From contig NW_027266297.1 of assembly GCF_022045235.1 (NCBI RefSeq), positions 68,200,001-68,264,000 of the forward strand: a stretch of 64,000 nucleotides of DNA. The letters are read 5' to 3'. The translations under genes were made by a program, and so were the position numbers. The notes under the pieces are model-generated. The model saw nothing but the letters and a program-made list of their open reading frames with translations. It was not told the origin of the DNA and did not search any database. Source of the DNA: Haliotis cracherodii (taxonomy: Eukaryota). Shown here piece by piece: positions 22,378 to 37,300 of the stretch. How positions within the stretch are numbered: the stretch's first letter is position 1; the number at the start of each line of letters is the position of its first letter.

Positions 22378-25300
22378 TCAACTTGACACAACAAGGGGCT
22401 TGGGTTTGATGATGGGTAGATCCTTGATACCTTCCTTTGTCACAAGTCGTACTCTGAAGTTAGGTAAGTTGACGATGAATCGCTTCTGGACCTAAACAGA
22501 AAGAAGAATGACTTTAACTTAAATGCTAATGGTAACGTAAATTGGAACAAGAAAACAGCGTTATCACTATCCCCTGCCATGACTGAGTGAGATTGGCTTA
22601 ACACCTCTTTGAACAATATTCCCGTTATACCATGGCGTGTAACCTTTATGTGCTGCAATCCATGAGCACGGGTATGGTGCTGAGAAACCTAGAAACAAAA
22701 TCAGAGATTTCAGGTGTGCTCAAGGGACAGAGCTCTGTGTCCCATTAAGCCTTAAGAAGTCATAAGCACTAGGATGGCTTCATATGTTATCTGAACATTT
22801 GAGAAAATCTGTTCAGATTACAAATTAATACAAACGAAAGGTCCCTTAGCTGGAATAAATAAATTATGGCACCAATTTTCGAACTCAGTCTTGATATGTA
22901 AAGATTCTCTTAGATAAGCTTGCAAAGTTTAATTCATGTAACATCAGTAGTTTTTGAGAAAACTTGTCCCCATTGAAGACACTTATCACTAAGTAAAAAA
23001 AGTTTTGTAAGAAAGTATTTAACTTGTTGCCATGGAAACATCAAAAATAAAAATTTATAAAATATTAAACGGTTTGAGCTATGCTCCGGAAACGATTTCG
23101 GGACACGCACACACAGATGCACGGACATCGGAACTTTGTTGGGGCGGGGGATAACAAACTTTAGTTAACAATGACTGACATTACCTGAATTGTGGAGTCA
23201 GATTGAAATAGTCATCTTGGTTTAAAATAAGGGAGATAACCAAGAGGAATGACAATAGTTACCCCCCTTTACATGCTATTCATCAAGTTATCACAGCACA
23301 CGACACCTTTGTTACCCTCTCGGTAACATCACCGCCACCAGTGTGGGGCAAAATTCAAATTGACAAACAAAAGAAAATTATTAAGCTGGGCTAAGAGTAT
23401 TCGGCGTCACGACAGTCACCACTTGCTTGAAAACATAACGGTCAGTTGGTTGCGAGTTTACTCCAAGCATGGTTGTGGCCACCCACCACAGTCTGGAGTT
23501 TTGACTGGTGGCATTGGTAGTATCACTGTGAGGAGCTTGGCTATTCATTGGCCGAGTCTAATGAAGCATGTGACACTGTACAAGGAAGGCTTTTGAAATA
23601 ACACCATTCTCACCTCATCAATACACTGCTGCAACAGGGTCATCGCCTCTTCCTGGTTCATGTCTGTAAACATACACAAGCATAAACGTCATCTCAAAAT
23701 CCTGTTACTGAGATCAACTGATGCCAATCTTGGAAGAAATGAAATTATTGAGCCCTTACAATAGGCTTGATACTGTTCCTAAGTATTAATAACATATGAT
23801 GGGTCAAAGGCATATGAAGAAATCATGGCCATTACTTCGTTTCTTTTTCTAAACGATTGAAATATGCATCATGTCCAAATTGGCTTAATAAAAAGTAAAA
23901 GTAAAATTAAGATTTTATGAATAGTATAAATGTGTGTTACAACCAGAACAGTATCTAATAAATATTGGTTGGGTTATTCCACAAATGCTTTCGTAAATTC
24001 TATTGTGGAAATCATAATTAACGTAATGAGTCTGGACAATGGGAATAAAATTTGTAAGAAGAAAGATTGTTCATCTTGTAGAATGTTTGTTTAAAGAAAG
24101 ATATTAAAGAGGAAGAACATTTTTTATTGATCTATCCTTCTTTGTATGACAATTTGAAGAGTCAGTATTTTAGCGATGTGAAAGGACATTTTAACGTCAT
24201 CACTATCATTTAAATTTGTAATAGCTAACATGCATGGAAACAAGGTGCATACATATTTTACGCTTTCAATGTGAGAAAAACACGAATTGAAAAACACTAT
24301 GTGAATTATTAGCCTTTGTTGATAATTTATCATGCTTACATTGATAGTAATGCATTGAATGCATAAAGGTGGGACTTTCATTAATATATTTTTTGTAATT
24401 GTTTGTGAATTATGGGCTAGATGGCCTACAATTCTGAAACAAAAAACATAATGATATTATGATATGTTGCTTATATCATTGCTCATTAACAGACTGTAGC
24501 TCCAATTAACATCTGATTCTGCCATAAATCCCCTGTGCATAATGTAGTTATTCCTGTGGATTGTACATATTCCATGGATGAAAACACACACAAAAACACT
24601 CACCGCAAAAAGCTTTCCGTAAACTGACAGCACAGACTTTCTAGTTCTAATCAAAAGAAGTTTAGTTGGAGAGACAGTACCTTTCTTGTAGTATCTGTCC
24701 ATGATGCTCATGGTGAAGAGGCTGCCGTAACCATGGACAGCGAATGGCAGTTTGTTGAGAGACGCCAGATAGTCCATGAAGTACAGCACAGGTCCCTCGT
24801 CCTCATCATGCCCAGCAATCAGCATGTTCACCATGTACGGAGTCTGGGCAGGAATATTGTGGAATAAAAGATCTTATTATTCATAGTCAATGCTTAGGCA
24901 GAGACAAAGAATGTGTTTGTGAAAAATAGTGCCCAAAGACTATAATCAGCTGGTTATATATTGAAGAGTGAGTGAGTGAGTGAGTGAGTGAGTGAGTGAG
25001 TGAGTGAGTGAGTGAGTGAGTGGTTTCTGTTTGGGATTCACAGCGAATTACGATGCCTTGGACTTGGCCACCCCGATATATTGAGAGAGTGAGTGAGTGA
25101 GTGAGTGAGTGAGTGAGTGGTTTCTGTTTGGGATTCACAGCGAATTACGATGCCTTGGACTTGGCCACCCCGATATATTGAGTGAGTGAGTGAGTGAGTG
25201 AGTGAGTGAGTGAGTGAGTGAGTGGTTTCTGTTTGGGATTCACAGCGAATTACGATGCCTTGGACTTGGCCACCCCGATATATTGAAGAGTGAGTGAGTG

Positions 25301-28300
25301 AGTGAGTGAGTGAGTGAGGTAGGTTTCTGTTTGGGATTCACAGCGAATTACGATGCATTGGACGACTGAGCCACACCAATATATTGAAGAAGCAATGGCA
25401 ATGAATGTGCATAGGAAGGTAGAAACCCAAGAACAATAGGTAGAGATTGTACACTTTCATCATTAGCCATTGTTTTGCTGTAATATTTTCTAATTATCAT
25501 AGCAATCAGTCATTTACATCATCACAGTTGCCTTATACAGCACTATACAAACTACTTTACTATAGAGCATCTGATACCAGGGTTACTTACAGAACTTCTT
25601 AGGTAGTCTGCCAGGTTCTTGCGAGTAAAGTTGGCCGCCGCATGTGGAGATAATTCATATCCTGCAAAAAAAAACCCATCAAAGTTGTTACTTTAATGTT
25701 GGGTGTAAACTAAATCAAAATCCAGACTTGACATACTCAATGTGCTAAATACTTTCTACTAATTTTAGCATTACTTTCTGTAGATTTTGGTAATTTCCAA
25801 CCGTACCTGTCTAGCAGTTTTTAAGATTCAAACACTGGCTACCAAAGGCAACTCCGACCATGTGAATGGTCCAGAAAGAACCTGGCCGGCTGAACATCAT
25901 ATGACACCACTGATGTAAATCTTGGCTGCCATACTGACATGTTTGCTGGGACCTGTTGTATAGATGTTCTGGACGTAACGCTACCAATTAACTTGCAATT
26001 TTGTAAAGTCTGATGATGCACATGTTCACATGCTGGGTGCGGCGTTAAACAACAAACAAACAAACATCATTGAAATATGCATTCCCTTATTATTTTCCAT
26101 CCCTGTAGCTTGCTGAGACCTCATGTTAATCATGTCAATGTGATTTGCTATGGTTTTAAATCAAGGAACATCCTAAATATGTTGTACCAACTGTTCATTG
26201 GTTTGGTCTGAAAACCATTGTTAGCAAATTGTAAATTCAGTAAGTAGGCCCTACTCCCTGACCTCAGTCATTTCAATTTGTTTATTTTCAATTCATGCTG
26301 TCATCAATGTGCCTTTGGCTTGTAACAATAATTTGCTGACGTCTAAACATGATCAAAATAATGTATTGACTTATGGGACAAGAAGTATTACAGCAACACT
26401 GTGTCATAAACAGATTTAATAAGACCTATATGCACACCAATGCCTTTGTGTTCAAAAGCAAAAAGACACTTTTCAAGTCATTGTAACATACTGACTGCCT
26501 GAAAACATACCATGTACCTTATATAAATCATTGCTGACTGCGCAGTCAAAATTGAGACAACGCTGTCAACGATATATTTGAAATATGGTATGCATAATAT
26601 AAGTATAACAATGAAAACCTGATCCGAATCCTATTTGACAAAGCTGCCATTAATATGACATTGGCATTGTTATTAAAGTATCATTCCATGCAAACATGAA
26701 AAACATACCATTTCTCATTTTGTACAACTGAATATTTTTGGATATGTATTCTGCAAACTGCACTGTGTCCCCAGACTCTCCAGTCACCAGCATGAGGAGT
26801 TTGTCACTCAACTTGTGCATCTTGTCATGATCTGAAACATTTGACCGATTAAACATGTACAAAGTAGTACTAGAAAAATAATCAGTTGATATAGTGTGGG
26901 CTTACAGAGAGTGAGTTGCACTACAAACTTGTATCCTTGGTCAAGAATTGCTGAAAGCAGTGGAAGCCATCAGACCAAAACAGAAATCGCTGTACCAAAA
27001 TGTTGCATCGAAAACAGTTGCAACCCACAAGTCAGTTCCATCTTCATTGGATGCTACAGCTCCATAATCAGAGCTCCAGATAACTTTTGAGCAATTTCGT
27101 TTTTACTCTAATATTTCTATTTTAATTGGGTTATTACATTTTTCATTGGGTAAGCAATATTTTTCACTCATCTATTCATGACTCTATAGGGTATTTGCCC
27201 CAAAGAGTGAACATTTTTAGATTTCAAGAAAATGAAATGATATTTTAGATGTACATAACCATGATGACGGCTTCACTCGGAAAGTAAATTAGCTGGAAAT
27301 TGTGTTTCGGAAATTGGCTCCTTTGTATGCATGCTGAAAAAGCTTTACTGGGTATTTACACTGGCTGTTTTCATACATTTGAGTTTTTCCTTTACCTGTT
27401 TACTGCATGCGTTTCTGTACGCTGGTTAATTGAGAGTAATTGGGTTGAGTTTTTTTTTTGGGGGGGGGGTGTATTTTATGCAAATACGTTGTTTATCTGT
27501 AGCTCTGAAAATGCAATTTAAAAGTTGTGTCAAGATATCAAAATTATTTCACTGAATCCATGAGCATGATGAAGCCATCTGCCTGTAACATGTGGAAGTC
27601 TGCGAATTTCATTCATGTTGTTTGTAAACCAGTTTATAACCATGGTACTCAAACAACATCAATGGAGGTTGAGGAGAAAGACTACTCCATTCAATACTTG
27701 TGATTATCACAACCTTGACCTGTTAAAGATTTGGAAAAACAACATAGTAACAAGTTGTAGAATATGACAGATTACAATGATTACACTGAGATTCGTAATT
27801 ACTTCTAATAAATGAGCAATGGACAGATATATAATGTATATGCTTCAAATATACCTATACTTTTTCAGACTTTATTATCAGCAAAATCATTTTTAATGAT
27901 TTAAACTGACTCTTTTGTGTGCGGGTCATTCAAATTTGTCAACGAGTAAACAAATTACGAATGCTCAAAACCTGGGATGGCAGAGACGGGGAAATTCAGA
28001 TACATGTTGGCAATCTCCATTTGGTGCAAATACAGTCAAGTCTCGTTAATCCGACACTCGTTAATCCAACAATCAGCTTTATCCGACACTAATGATGGGA
28101 ACCGATTAAATCAGTGCTATTTAGACCCGTTAATCCGACAGTCTCGCACTCCGATCCCGACACACCTAATTTGCAACGATTTAACAAAATCACTCATTAA
28201 TCAGTCTCGTTAATCCCAAACAGTGATCAGCGTACTCCGTGGTCATCTGCCCGCGAGTACACAGCCCGTGTTTTGATGCCAGACGAATCGGCTGGTAGGT

Positions 28301-30587
28301 GCATATTACAACGGCTGCAGAGATAAACTTGCTTAACAATAAACAATTAATGCTTTAAATAAAGAAAACAGGATAATTCCCATGATAAGATTACCACAAT
28401 CTTATTAAAATCAGATACAAGCTCTCGCTATCGACGAGGACATCCCATTACCAGAAAGTATGACCTACCAATGAAATGACCAACAGGAAGTCGAGGTTAG
28501 CCACTTAGAAAGCAGCTTTCTTAAGCTATGCTTAAGCTTCCAGACTATGCTTTTTAAAGTATTTTGAATCGGTCAGACAGTCTGTAACAGTTGTTTTGTG
28601 TTAAACTTTAGAGGTTGCATGATTAGAAAACATATTTCGCCAACAGTGAAACATAACAATATGAATATTTATTATATATTTTTTATAACGTGTTTGAATC
28701 CTTATCTATCCTTATCTATCATGTAGTTAATACTACTAAATTTCGTTTATCCAACATACTCGTTAATCCGACATAATCATATGCAACCATCGATGTCAGA
28801 TTAACGGGACTTAACTGTATCAGTTAGTATGGAACATCTAGTCTCCCCAAGGATCGTGAAGGGTTGCTTGATTGGAAACCGTTACATTGTCAGCTTGAAG
28901 TAAACCTAGGCTAATGAGTTAATCTATGAAACAAGTGTCACAGTCCGCAACCTCAAATAGCGATATATATAGGCTGTTCCAAGTTAACAGCATTGTTGCC
29001 AACTGCAGTGTTATCAAAACCTTCCACTTAACCAGCAAATGTGCAGATATGTTGATGCCCTTTTCATGTAGTTTAGATGTTTTAATGTATCCAGTCTCAA
29101 CATAAGTTCGATGGGAAAATCCGTACCCACGGAGATCTGTACACAAGCGTTTTGGACGAACTCAAACCCAAATATTGGATAACCCATACCCACTCGTACC
29201 TGATCAACTGGATGACTCGTACCCCGAAAAGGGAATAAGTATCCAATGAAAATATACATGATTTGTCATACCAAGGCAAACAGTTCAGAACCTGGTCAAA
29301 ATACCAGCGAGGGAGATTTCAGCTAACGGAAGCTATGATCTCCAGTGACAAGCCAAATTAAGGACTAAAATGACAAATAACAGACACTGATTGAGTTAAA
29401 TGGTTGATTGTTCATTCACCAATTCACCAGTAAGAATTAATGAGAATTTTGTGTTGAATAAATGATTAGAAACACGTTTTCATAGTCTAAACCTAATAAA
29501 GCAATCCGGTTTCCAACATCTTGCTTCAAAACAGGGAGTAGTGCACTTTACTGGGTGCACTTTTTCATATCCAATGAACACTGTGGGGACTTGAACGTGC
29601 TTCACCGGCTCACCGCCTTGGCTAATTAATGCGTTAATTAGCATGATTAGCCGACACTCTACCACTGGACCACGAGCGCTATCACACATAATCAGTACTC
29701 GTTTAACGGGTCATTAGCACCCCATTCACAAGCATGCGTAATTCAGAAAACAATGAATTGTGCATGCGTGTGACGTCACTGTCCACTGTCCCATTAATCT
29801 TTTCTTAAAACCACACCCGACATTGTTTATGTCAAACATGACCGACCAATCGGATTACCGCTTGAAAAGGTAAGAAATTATGGCTAACCCTTGCCCAAAA
29901 AAAGCTAACCCTAGGGACCGAAAAGGGGTGTTGGATCGTAAAGATGTGTAAGTTTCCATAAGACTGAAAAGGGGGGTTTGATTGTAAAGGCGTGTAAGTT
30001 TCCCTAAGACGGAAAACGGGTGGTGGATCGTGAAGCGAGAGTCACCGGAGCATGAGGCATAGCGGTAGCATCTATAGTGAGACAGCGGTAGCACTGTAGT
30101 GTGGTAGTTGAGTGGATGGTAGAGCTTGGGCTGCGCCCGGTAAACTGCATTGTTGTCTTGGGTAATGGTCTGCCATATACGAATGCTCCAAAACAGGTAA
30201 GAAGGAGAATTTTAGAGACGGGTTAGCCATTTTCGCTGGGTGAGAATCTCCGTGGGTACGGATCGTTTAGTATCCGTACGATGTAATGTATACACTTCAA
30301 ACCGTTTCTAACGTTTTGGACCAACACCGTTTTCTATTTCACCTGACCTCGTCCACGTTATTGTTAAACTGCCGTGATTGTATGTGGAGAAACCATGCAA
30401 AATAGAAAATTGATGCATAAGACAAAATGTGGTATGGACCCTGGAGGAAAAAGCAAACGCAGATCCCCCGGTTGATGCTTTCACAAACAAATATACCTTG
30501 CTTCATGGCAATGACACTTCTTCCAGAAACCATGTCACAGGCTGTCAGAATGAAATCCTTCCCTTGGATCCCTATCAAAAACTCCAT
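22378..30587 (-). CDS. PSMB2: Proteasome subunit beta type-2, 203 aa; exons 30497-30587, 26709-26831, 25591-25661, 24681-24843, 23614-23663, 22378-22491
   Basis: All junctions GT-AG and in phase. [12 protein letters not shown]...[56 protein letters not shown]...GYGS...[11 protein letters not shown] is characteristic of PSMB2. Confidence 0.97.
24957..25388. repeat. Composite tandem repeat: (GAGT)n tract plus ~62-bp core, 4 copies, in PSMB2 intron 3
   Basis: GGTTTCTGTTTGGGATTCACAGCGAATTACGATGC repeated 4 times, each preceded by (GAGT)n of variable length. Confidence 0.9.
28033..28817. mobile_element. Non-autonomous Tc1/mariner-pogo (Tigger-like) element
   Basis: TA|CAGTCAAGTCTCGTTAATCCGACA ... 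TGTCAGATTAACGGGACTTAACTG|TA; internal CGTTAATCCGACA repeats. Confidence 0.85.
29119..30280. mobile_element. Element bounded by an 18-bp inverted repeat plus terminal hairpin (Helentron/HINE-like or MITE) in PSMB2 intron 1
   Basis: ATCCGTACCCACGGAGAT (29119-29136) and ATCTCCGTGGGTACGGAT (30246-30263); hairpin GTACGGAT/ATCCGTAC ending 30279; internal ~42-bp repeat x3 near 29910-30035. Confidence 0.55.
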
Positions 30588-31652
30588 TCTCACTTTTATC
30601 GGGGCACCGTAGTGAATCAAAATGCAAAATGTTGAAGTGAGACAGCACTCTTGATACTTCCGGTGTAATCCCGCAACAAAATTACCGGTGTCGGTGTTAA
30701 CATTATTAAAAAAAATTAACAATTCATACGCCGGTATTTGCGTTTTCAGAGTATATCACGATATTCTAATATGTATACGTATAATACAATTTATATGAAC
30801 GTGTTTTTAACAAATATGAGTCAGCCTATTTAACAAAATCTTAACTCAAAAACGAAACGAAATATAAGACTAAACACAAGTAACATTTTGATGCATCGTA
30901 CATTTGAGTTAGTCGTTTGCTTTTTGAGTGGCTTCAGTCACAATCGGCGTTCGACCATATTGGCAAGGCACTATCACCCCCGATTATCCAGTGTAATACA
31001 CATCACCATTCGTTGAGAAAATATATTTACATACATATGGTTCTACCAGTACACGTGCAGATATGTATCCAAATTAAGAAATAATGGAAAAAAAGAACCA
31101 ACCACAGCCTGTGCATATTACCCTCACTTCTACAGTTATTTATCTCCATTTTCATTAGAGTAAACATTTTTCATTTGGTTTCATATTTTCCTTTGTTTGA
31201 ACATTTTTTGTTAGACCAGAAGAAAATTATGAATGCTATATAAGCTAGATCAAAGGCTTATCAAGAACCCCATAACCGTCTGTACATTTTGCTTTTATCA
31301 GATAATGGACAAGATATTGTTTGATGCGTATCTTTTGCTATAGCGTTAAAATTAATTTAAATTCACCAACATTTCAAACGATTATTTCTTCTTCTTTTTT
31401 TTTCAAGTTACTGAAAAAACATCGCACAACATAATATACCCTAACTGGCAACTGCTGGCGCATCATTTCATCTTAGCCCCGAAGACAAAACAAAATAAAC
31501 TTTTTTTTTTCAAGAATCAGTGTTATCAGTGCTCCAAATTAACATTATATCGAGAGTGGAACGTATTCGTGTAGAGATCATATATACCGGGGTGTCTGAG
31601 ACCGCAGCTGTGACAATGTACACTTTGCTGCAGCAAATATTATGACGTGTCC

Positions 31653-31702
<50 letters not shown>
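31653..31702. repeat. (CAT)n microsatellite
   Basis: Directly visible; explains the poly-D and poly-I ORFs. Confidence 0.95.
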
Positions 31703-32816
31703 AGGGAGTAGTAAACTTCCAAAACCTGCTTCACTTTAGACTTTCATCCCATTGTACACACAGCGGGTTTAAACACAATATTCACTCACTCTCACGTCAT
31801 GATTATTCTGTAAGGCTGCGGCAGTCGTTTATTTTGCCTAACGTAAACATGTTTCATTTTCCTTGGTAAATGTCAATTGTAATAATTGATATGTGTTAGT
31901 GTTGAACATTTCTTAACTTTTTGTGGCCTCATATATTTGACTCAGGCGCAACACTAAATTGAGGTCCGCATAAATTCTAGTTCCGTATTTCTATCACTCC
32001 TAAATTTAGGATTGACCTAAATTTTAAAACCGACGACACACAGACAGACTAGAAGTTTAGCTGGTACTGACGTGAAAGCGGGTACGTAATTTGATTATAT
32101 GATTCATTCTGTGGTAATGTGATTTCGGTGACCATTCAATACCCGTTTGATATTTTCCTGTACCTTTTGGAAGTTACAAATGTCTCCTTTGATGTTTATT
32201 ATCCCATTAGATCGAAATTACTTCAGTGAAGTTGCAGACTGCGCGTCTCAGTCATGCCGGCGGGATTGCAGCAGGAATATTTAGACTTCTTTTTCGACCA
32301 AATAAATGAATTTATTATTGCCTTGGTAACATGATTATTTCATCACACATTCGTGAGTAGGGTATGGTGTGAAATCATTACCGCAGTATAAAAAATTGTT
32401 CTGGATTTGTAGAATTGTCAGTTGGAGAGATACAGAATCATCGTGAATGACAGCCGAGTTGCCAAATATCACATGTTTTTGTCACAGTTGAGAGGAATGT
32501 GTTAAGTCGACTAGGAGTGGCCCTGTCCTTCGTGTACTTGCAACTTGGTCGTATGTTGACAGATTTGCTCTTCAAACTCTTCTTCCCACTTGAAAAGTCA
32601 TTACAAGTAGGTCAAAGCGTATGACCCGAGTCCGCATTGGGCCTCAATAAAACAGATTGCCTAAACCAGGGGTTGAAAATTTATGAAAAATGTTACTTGA
32701 CCAAGGGCAAGTATGACCAACATTCTTACTTGCCCTATATTAAAATGTACTTGCCCAAAATCAAGCTAATAAATTCAGTAAAATTGTTACATCTACAGTA
32801 TTGAGAATCAGAGATA

Positions 32817-34303
32817 CAGTGTACCCTCGTTATTGCACCCCTCATTATAGTGCTAACTTGGTTGTTTCGCATGGTAACGCATGGCTCCCAAAATTTATGT
32901 AAACTTTTAATACTGAGAGTTTTACACAGACATGATTGTATTGTTGTTCGTTGTTCATTTGCACATAACGCTTCTCATTGCATAATCAACCGTTTATTGC
33001 TGAATGGAGTTCTAATAATCTGTTTGAAAACATTCGCGGCAAGTCCCGGAAATACGATTGTTCTCCTAGTTAACTTTTCACACAATACATCCTTTGATCT
33101 TAGAAGCGCATGCATGCAATAAAAGAGAACCAAAAGCGAAGTTCATATTCTTAATTAGTGGGCAGTCCAATTTGAGGCGACACTGTTAACTCACATGTAG
33201 TTGCTGTCACAACACGATGGTCATTCCTTTTGATTCGGATCAAGTAACCGTATCTAACCAATTAATCTGGCTTGACTGGCCTGTACTATCGGATGCTCCC
33301 TGACAAGACTCTCGCCGAGAAAAAGACCCCAGGCAGAAGACAGGTTTCAAGAAGGCCAAGCAACGTGTTACAGTGCTCCTTGTTTGTAACAAGACCGAGA
33401 ATCATAAGTTGAAGCCACTTATAGGAACATCGAAGAACCACCGTGCCCTCCACCACGTGAACCGCTCCACGTTGTCAGTGGTCTACAAAAGCTACAAGAA
33501 TGCGTGGATGATGGCATACATTTTCAAAGACTGTTTTTTTTAAGAATTTCATCCCTGCCGTAAGAGATTACCTCAGACAACAAAAACTTAAAGAAAAAGC
33601 AATCCTGCTTTTGGATAAATGCCCAGCCCTCCCCCCTGCCACAACGTTGACTTCACACGACGGCAAAATCAAGGCCTTTCTACTGCCGAAAAATACAACC
33701 TCAATCATACAGCCCTTGGATCAAGGAATAATAAAAGCGTTTAAATCACACTGCAAGAGGAAACTGATCAGCAATTTGCTAGATTCTGCTATGCCCCAAA
33801 CGGATTACATTAAGACAGTCACGATGGAAGACATACTCTTCACAACGCATTACGTCTGGAATCAGAGTGCAACGAGCACTATCGACAATTGCTGGCGAAA
33901 AGGACTGGGCAATGCCTTTGATGACGATTTCATTGGCTTCACCAAAACAGACATCACCGAAGCTGTTGCGAAATGCAGAGAATATGCCAGCAAAGAAGCC
34001 CTCGGGGTCGATAAGACTTCAGTTGAACTTTGGGCCACCTGTGACGACGACCTTCCGATCACTGAAAACAAAACTGATGATCAGCTGATCAATGACGCCC
34101 AATCAAGTGGTGATGATGATGAGGAAGATGAAGATGACGAAACTCTACAGCCATCTCTCTGTGTCCCCAGACGTACAGCTGAAGAAGCGGTAGCCGGTTT
34201 GGAGGTTTCTGTACAGATTGCACAACTCGCCGTTATTTCCAGCAACCATGGTCAGATTACCGCTTTTGACGCCTTGAAACGAACTTTAGTGGATAGAGAA
34301 TAA
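32817..34303 (+). pseudogene. Decayed pogo/Tigger (CENP-B-like DDE_1) transposase fragment with a left TIR
   Basis: TA|CAGTGTACCCTCGTTAT end. GFKKAKQRVTVLLVCNKT..HKLKPL and KNAWM lie upstream with frame breaks; ORF 33611-34303 has LD.CPA, FLLPKNTTSIIQPLDQGIIKAFK and an acidic tail. Confidence 0.85.
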
Positions 34304-37300
34304 ATATATCTATCATAAATGCCATACCTTGACTCGCTGAAAGTCATATTTGTTGTAGTTTGACAATTATATGTCAACTTAGTTTTCACTATCGCGAGAG
34401 TGGGCGCATCAACGTTGATAGGTCAAATTATTCCATACCAAAAAAATATCCGGCAACTGCATTCAGCTCTACCAAAGTGCTACGCTTATGGTTATTAATT
34501 TATTTCAAATGTGTACAGTAAAATTGTATGATATAGCAGTGTTACGGTTTACCAGTAATTACCAGTTTGTAACCGGTAAATTAGGCTTGGACCAATTCAT
34601 GTGACTGCCAGTCCCTATGGACCGGCAAATAGAGTACCTTATATATCTCTCTTGTTGAACAAAACATCGGCAATATTCATATAAGTATATTTTTCAAATG
34701 AAGTCAAATTTAGTGCAAGGAAATAACTTTTTGTCTTGCTTTGAGGTTAAATATACATTTTTAGCAACTTAGTGTAAAAATATTTTTAAAAAGGAGAAAT
34801 TTGTGACTGGACTTTGTGTGAATGATGTTGAGGGAATTAAAACCAGGTAATTTTCATCATGTTCATATGTTTTTTATTTGTTGAAAGTTGGGACTGACAA
34901 AAATGAGTGGGGACTGGCAATTTCCAAAGCCAGCGGGAACACTGATATAGGAATAAATTATTCCAAATAAAATAATAGTTTCAGATTCAATTCTTTCGAT
35001 TATTGTATCAAAATTCTTTAAAGTTATATATCTATTATGGGTTGTTATTAACCAAATCACTGATAGATTCCGAGAAACGTGTGTACAGCTGATTGCTACT
35101 TCTGGCTTAGTTTACGAGAAAATACACACGGTAATCTTAATCTCTGCATATAAACCAATGCCTATCAGAACGGGAAATACAATGTAATTGGTAAATGATC
35201 ATGTCTAGTGTTTTTTTACCTCATATTTTTAATTTGTATTGACCAAGTTTAATTGTTATGATCTGTTCCTTTCCCTGAATTCGCTGAAGGGAAACAATGT
35301 AACAAAATTCTGCAGAAGACAAACACGTTTTTATTGCAAATGTAGGGATTGTGTATGCGCTGGTGGCGTGCTTCATTCCGATACGCTTTATAGACTGGGT
35401 GTATAAATTAGCATCGATTTTGTAGCCTATTTTGTAAGTTGCTGAATGGCAGCAGTTTATTTTTTTGTACAGCACATAAAATGAAAATTGTGCTATCTTG
35501 TATAATGTTTAAGAGATGGCCATGGCCGTACTTTCCTTCTCTTCTGTTTCAAATGTTGAAGTATTATCTGATTTTGATGGAATCAGCCATACAGTATCTG
35601 ATTGTCATTAGGAATGAGAATAACCTTTTCGAGGTTGCATGATTAAAAACACATTCAGACGTTCACTTTCACAATCTTGTAAGCAATGCTTTGATTGGTT
35701 GGATAAAAGTTGTTTTGTCATGACCTGTAATGGGATGTTGTCATCGTCTGATCTTCGTGTAGCGGTAGCAAGCACTAAGACGATTTTAATGACATTGTAT
35801 TTTTCATTAATTTTGGAGACTAATGCTGACATTTATTTGCTATAGCCAGGGCTCGACTTGAGGAAATTGATTTAACTTGCACCAGGTGCATGTTGACATT
35901 AAAACATAGTTGCACCAGACAAAACCAGGTTGCACCCGGTCTCAGAAGTTTATCAAAATTGAAAAACAGATGCATAAACTAATCTAAATACATACAATCT
36001 GAGATCTCTGATGACTGTCATGATTTTACATAAATTGGGTATTGCTGTCAAACATTATAGGAACATGTGCACATATTCTTGGAAGTATTCACAGTTTGAT
36101 GTTACACCAAAGAAAGCGTGACAAATTATAGTTAATAAAAGCTAAGCGCTATTGAATGTGTTCAAAGATCGATGTGTGAAAAGTAAGGGTTGATCAGACA
36201 CAAATTTAAGTTTTGTTTACATGTACTTGACGCAAGTAGACATCAATATTAGGTTGCATTTCTTGATAATAGGTTGCATTGGCGCATGTTTTATATGGCT
36301 AAATTGAGCCATGTATTAATTTATTAAATTACATTTGAATTTGTCCTGGAATCTGAGCATACAATCCACCGGTAAGTTCCGGCAGGATATTTTCCAAGAC
36401 ATGGCAAATAGTGGCCAAATGATTGTCATCTGTATAACTATTGTATCGATACACATGATACAAGTATTGATCACAGTCGCACACTAAGGGACCACTTCAA
36501 AAGTTTGATGCTGGGAAAAAAAATTCTCTTGAAGTTTAAGGGTTTGAGGTTTAATGGCTGTGTAAGTTTTCCATCTGACAAAATGAACTGACCTCATTTC
36601 TATTTTGTATACTAAACTTAGCAAAAATTCTGATCATATTTCACAGATCCCATTTCTATTCATATGCTTTTAGGAGTTGTCATTAAGTACATCCAGTCTT
36701 TTCATGAGTTTTGTCATCGCCAATACTGGTAGTAAGTCTTTCTAGTGCAGTGAGTAATATAGACTTGCCGATTTGATCTTTAAAAACTCTACAAGTGATT
36801 TTCAACACTAAGTAAATAAATTTCAGTCGATGAAAGTTCTGATAAAGTGGTGCAAACATAAGAATGCTTGACAAAAGAGACCACTAAACTTATGAATTCA
36901 ACTTTTCTGAGAATTAAGATCAAACTTTTGGACTGGTCCCTAAGTAAAACATATCGGTTCCTACCTTAAATGTTTCTTTTATTAACTGTTACACCAAACA
37001 CTAATTAGCAGTGAATATTAGTTGTGAAAACGGAAATATTTCATTCAATGAGCCATGTCAGTATGCCAGGTATTTGGCCATCCTGTCTATGAGAAAGATT
37101 GCACATGCAGTTATCGTGATACATATTGGATTATGAGCAAAGTATTGCAAAGTGTGCAACCAGCTATTATCAAAGATATTCTAATCTGGATACTTTGCAG
37201 GCCTCTCTGTTGAAACAAAACTCACACTGTAAAGCCAGAATTAGTCCAGACTTGCAATAATCTTTAAACCCAATGTCACCTCACCCTCACATCAAGTGCA

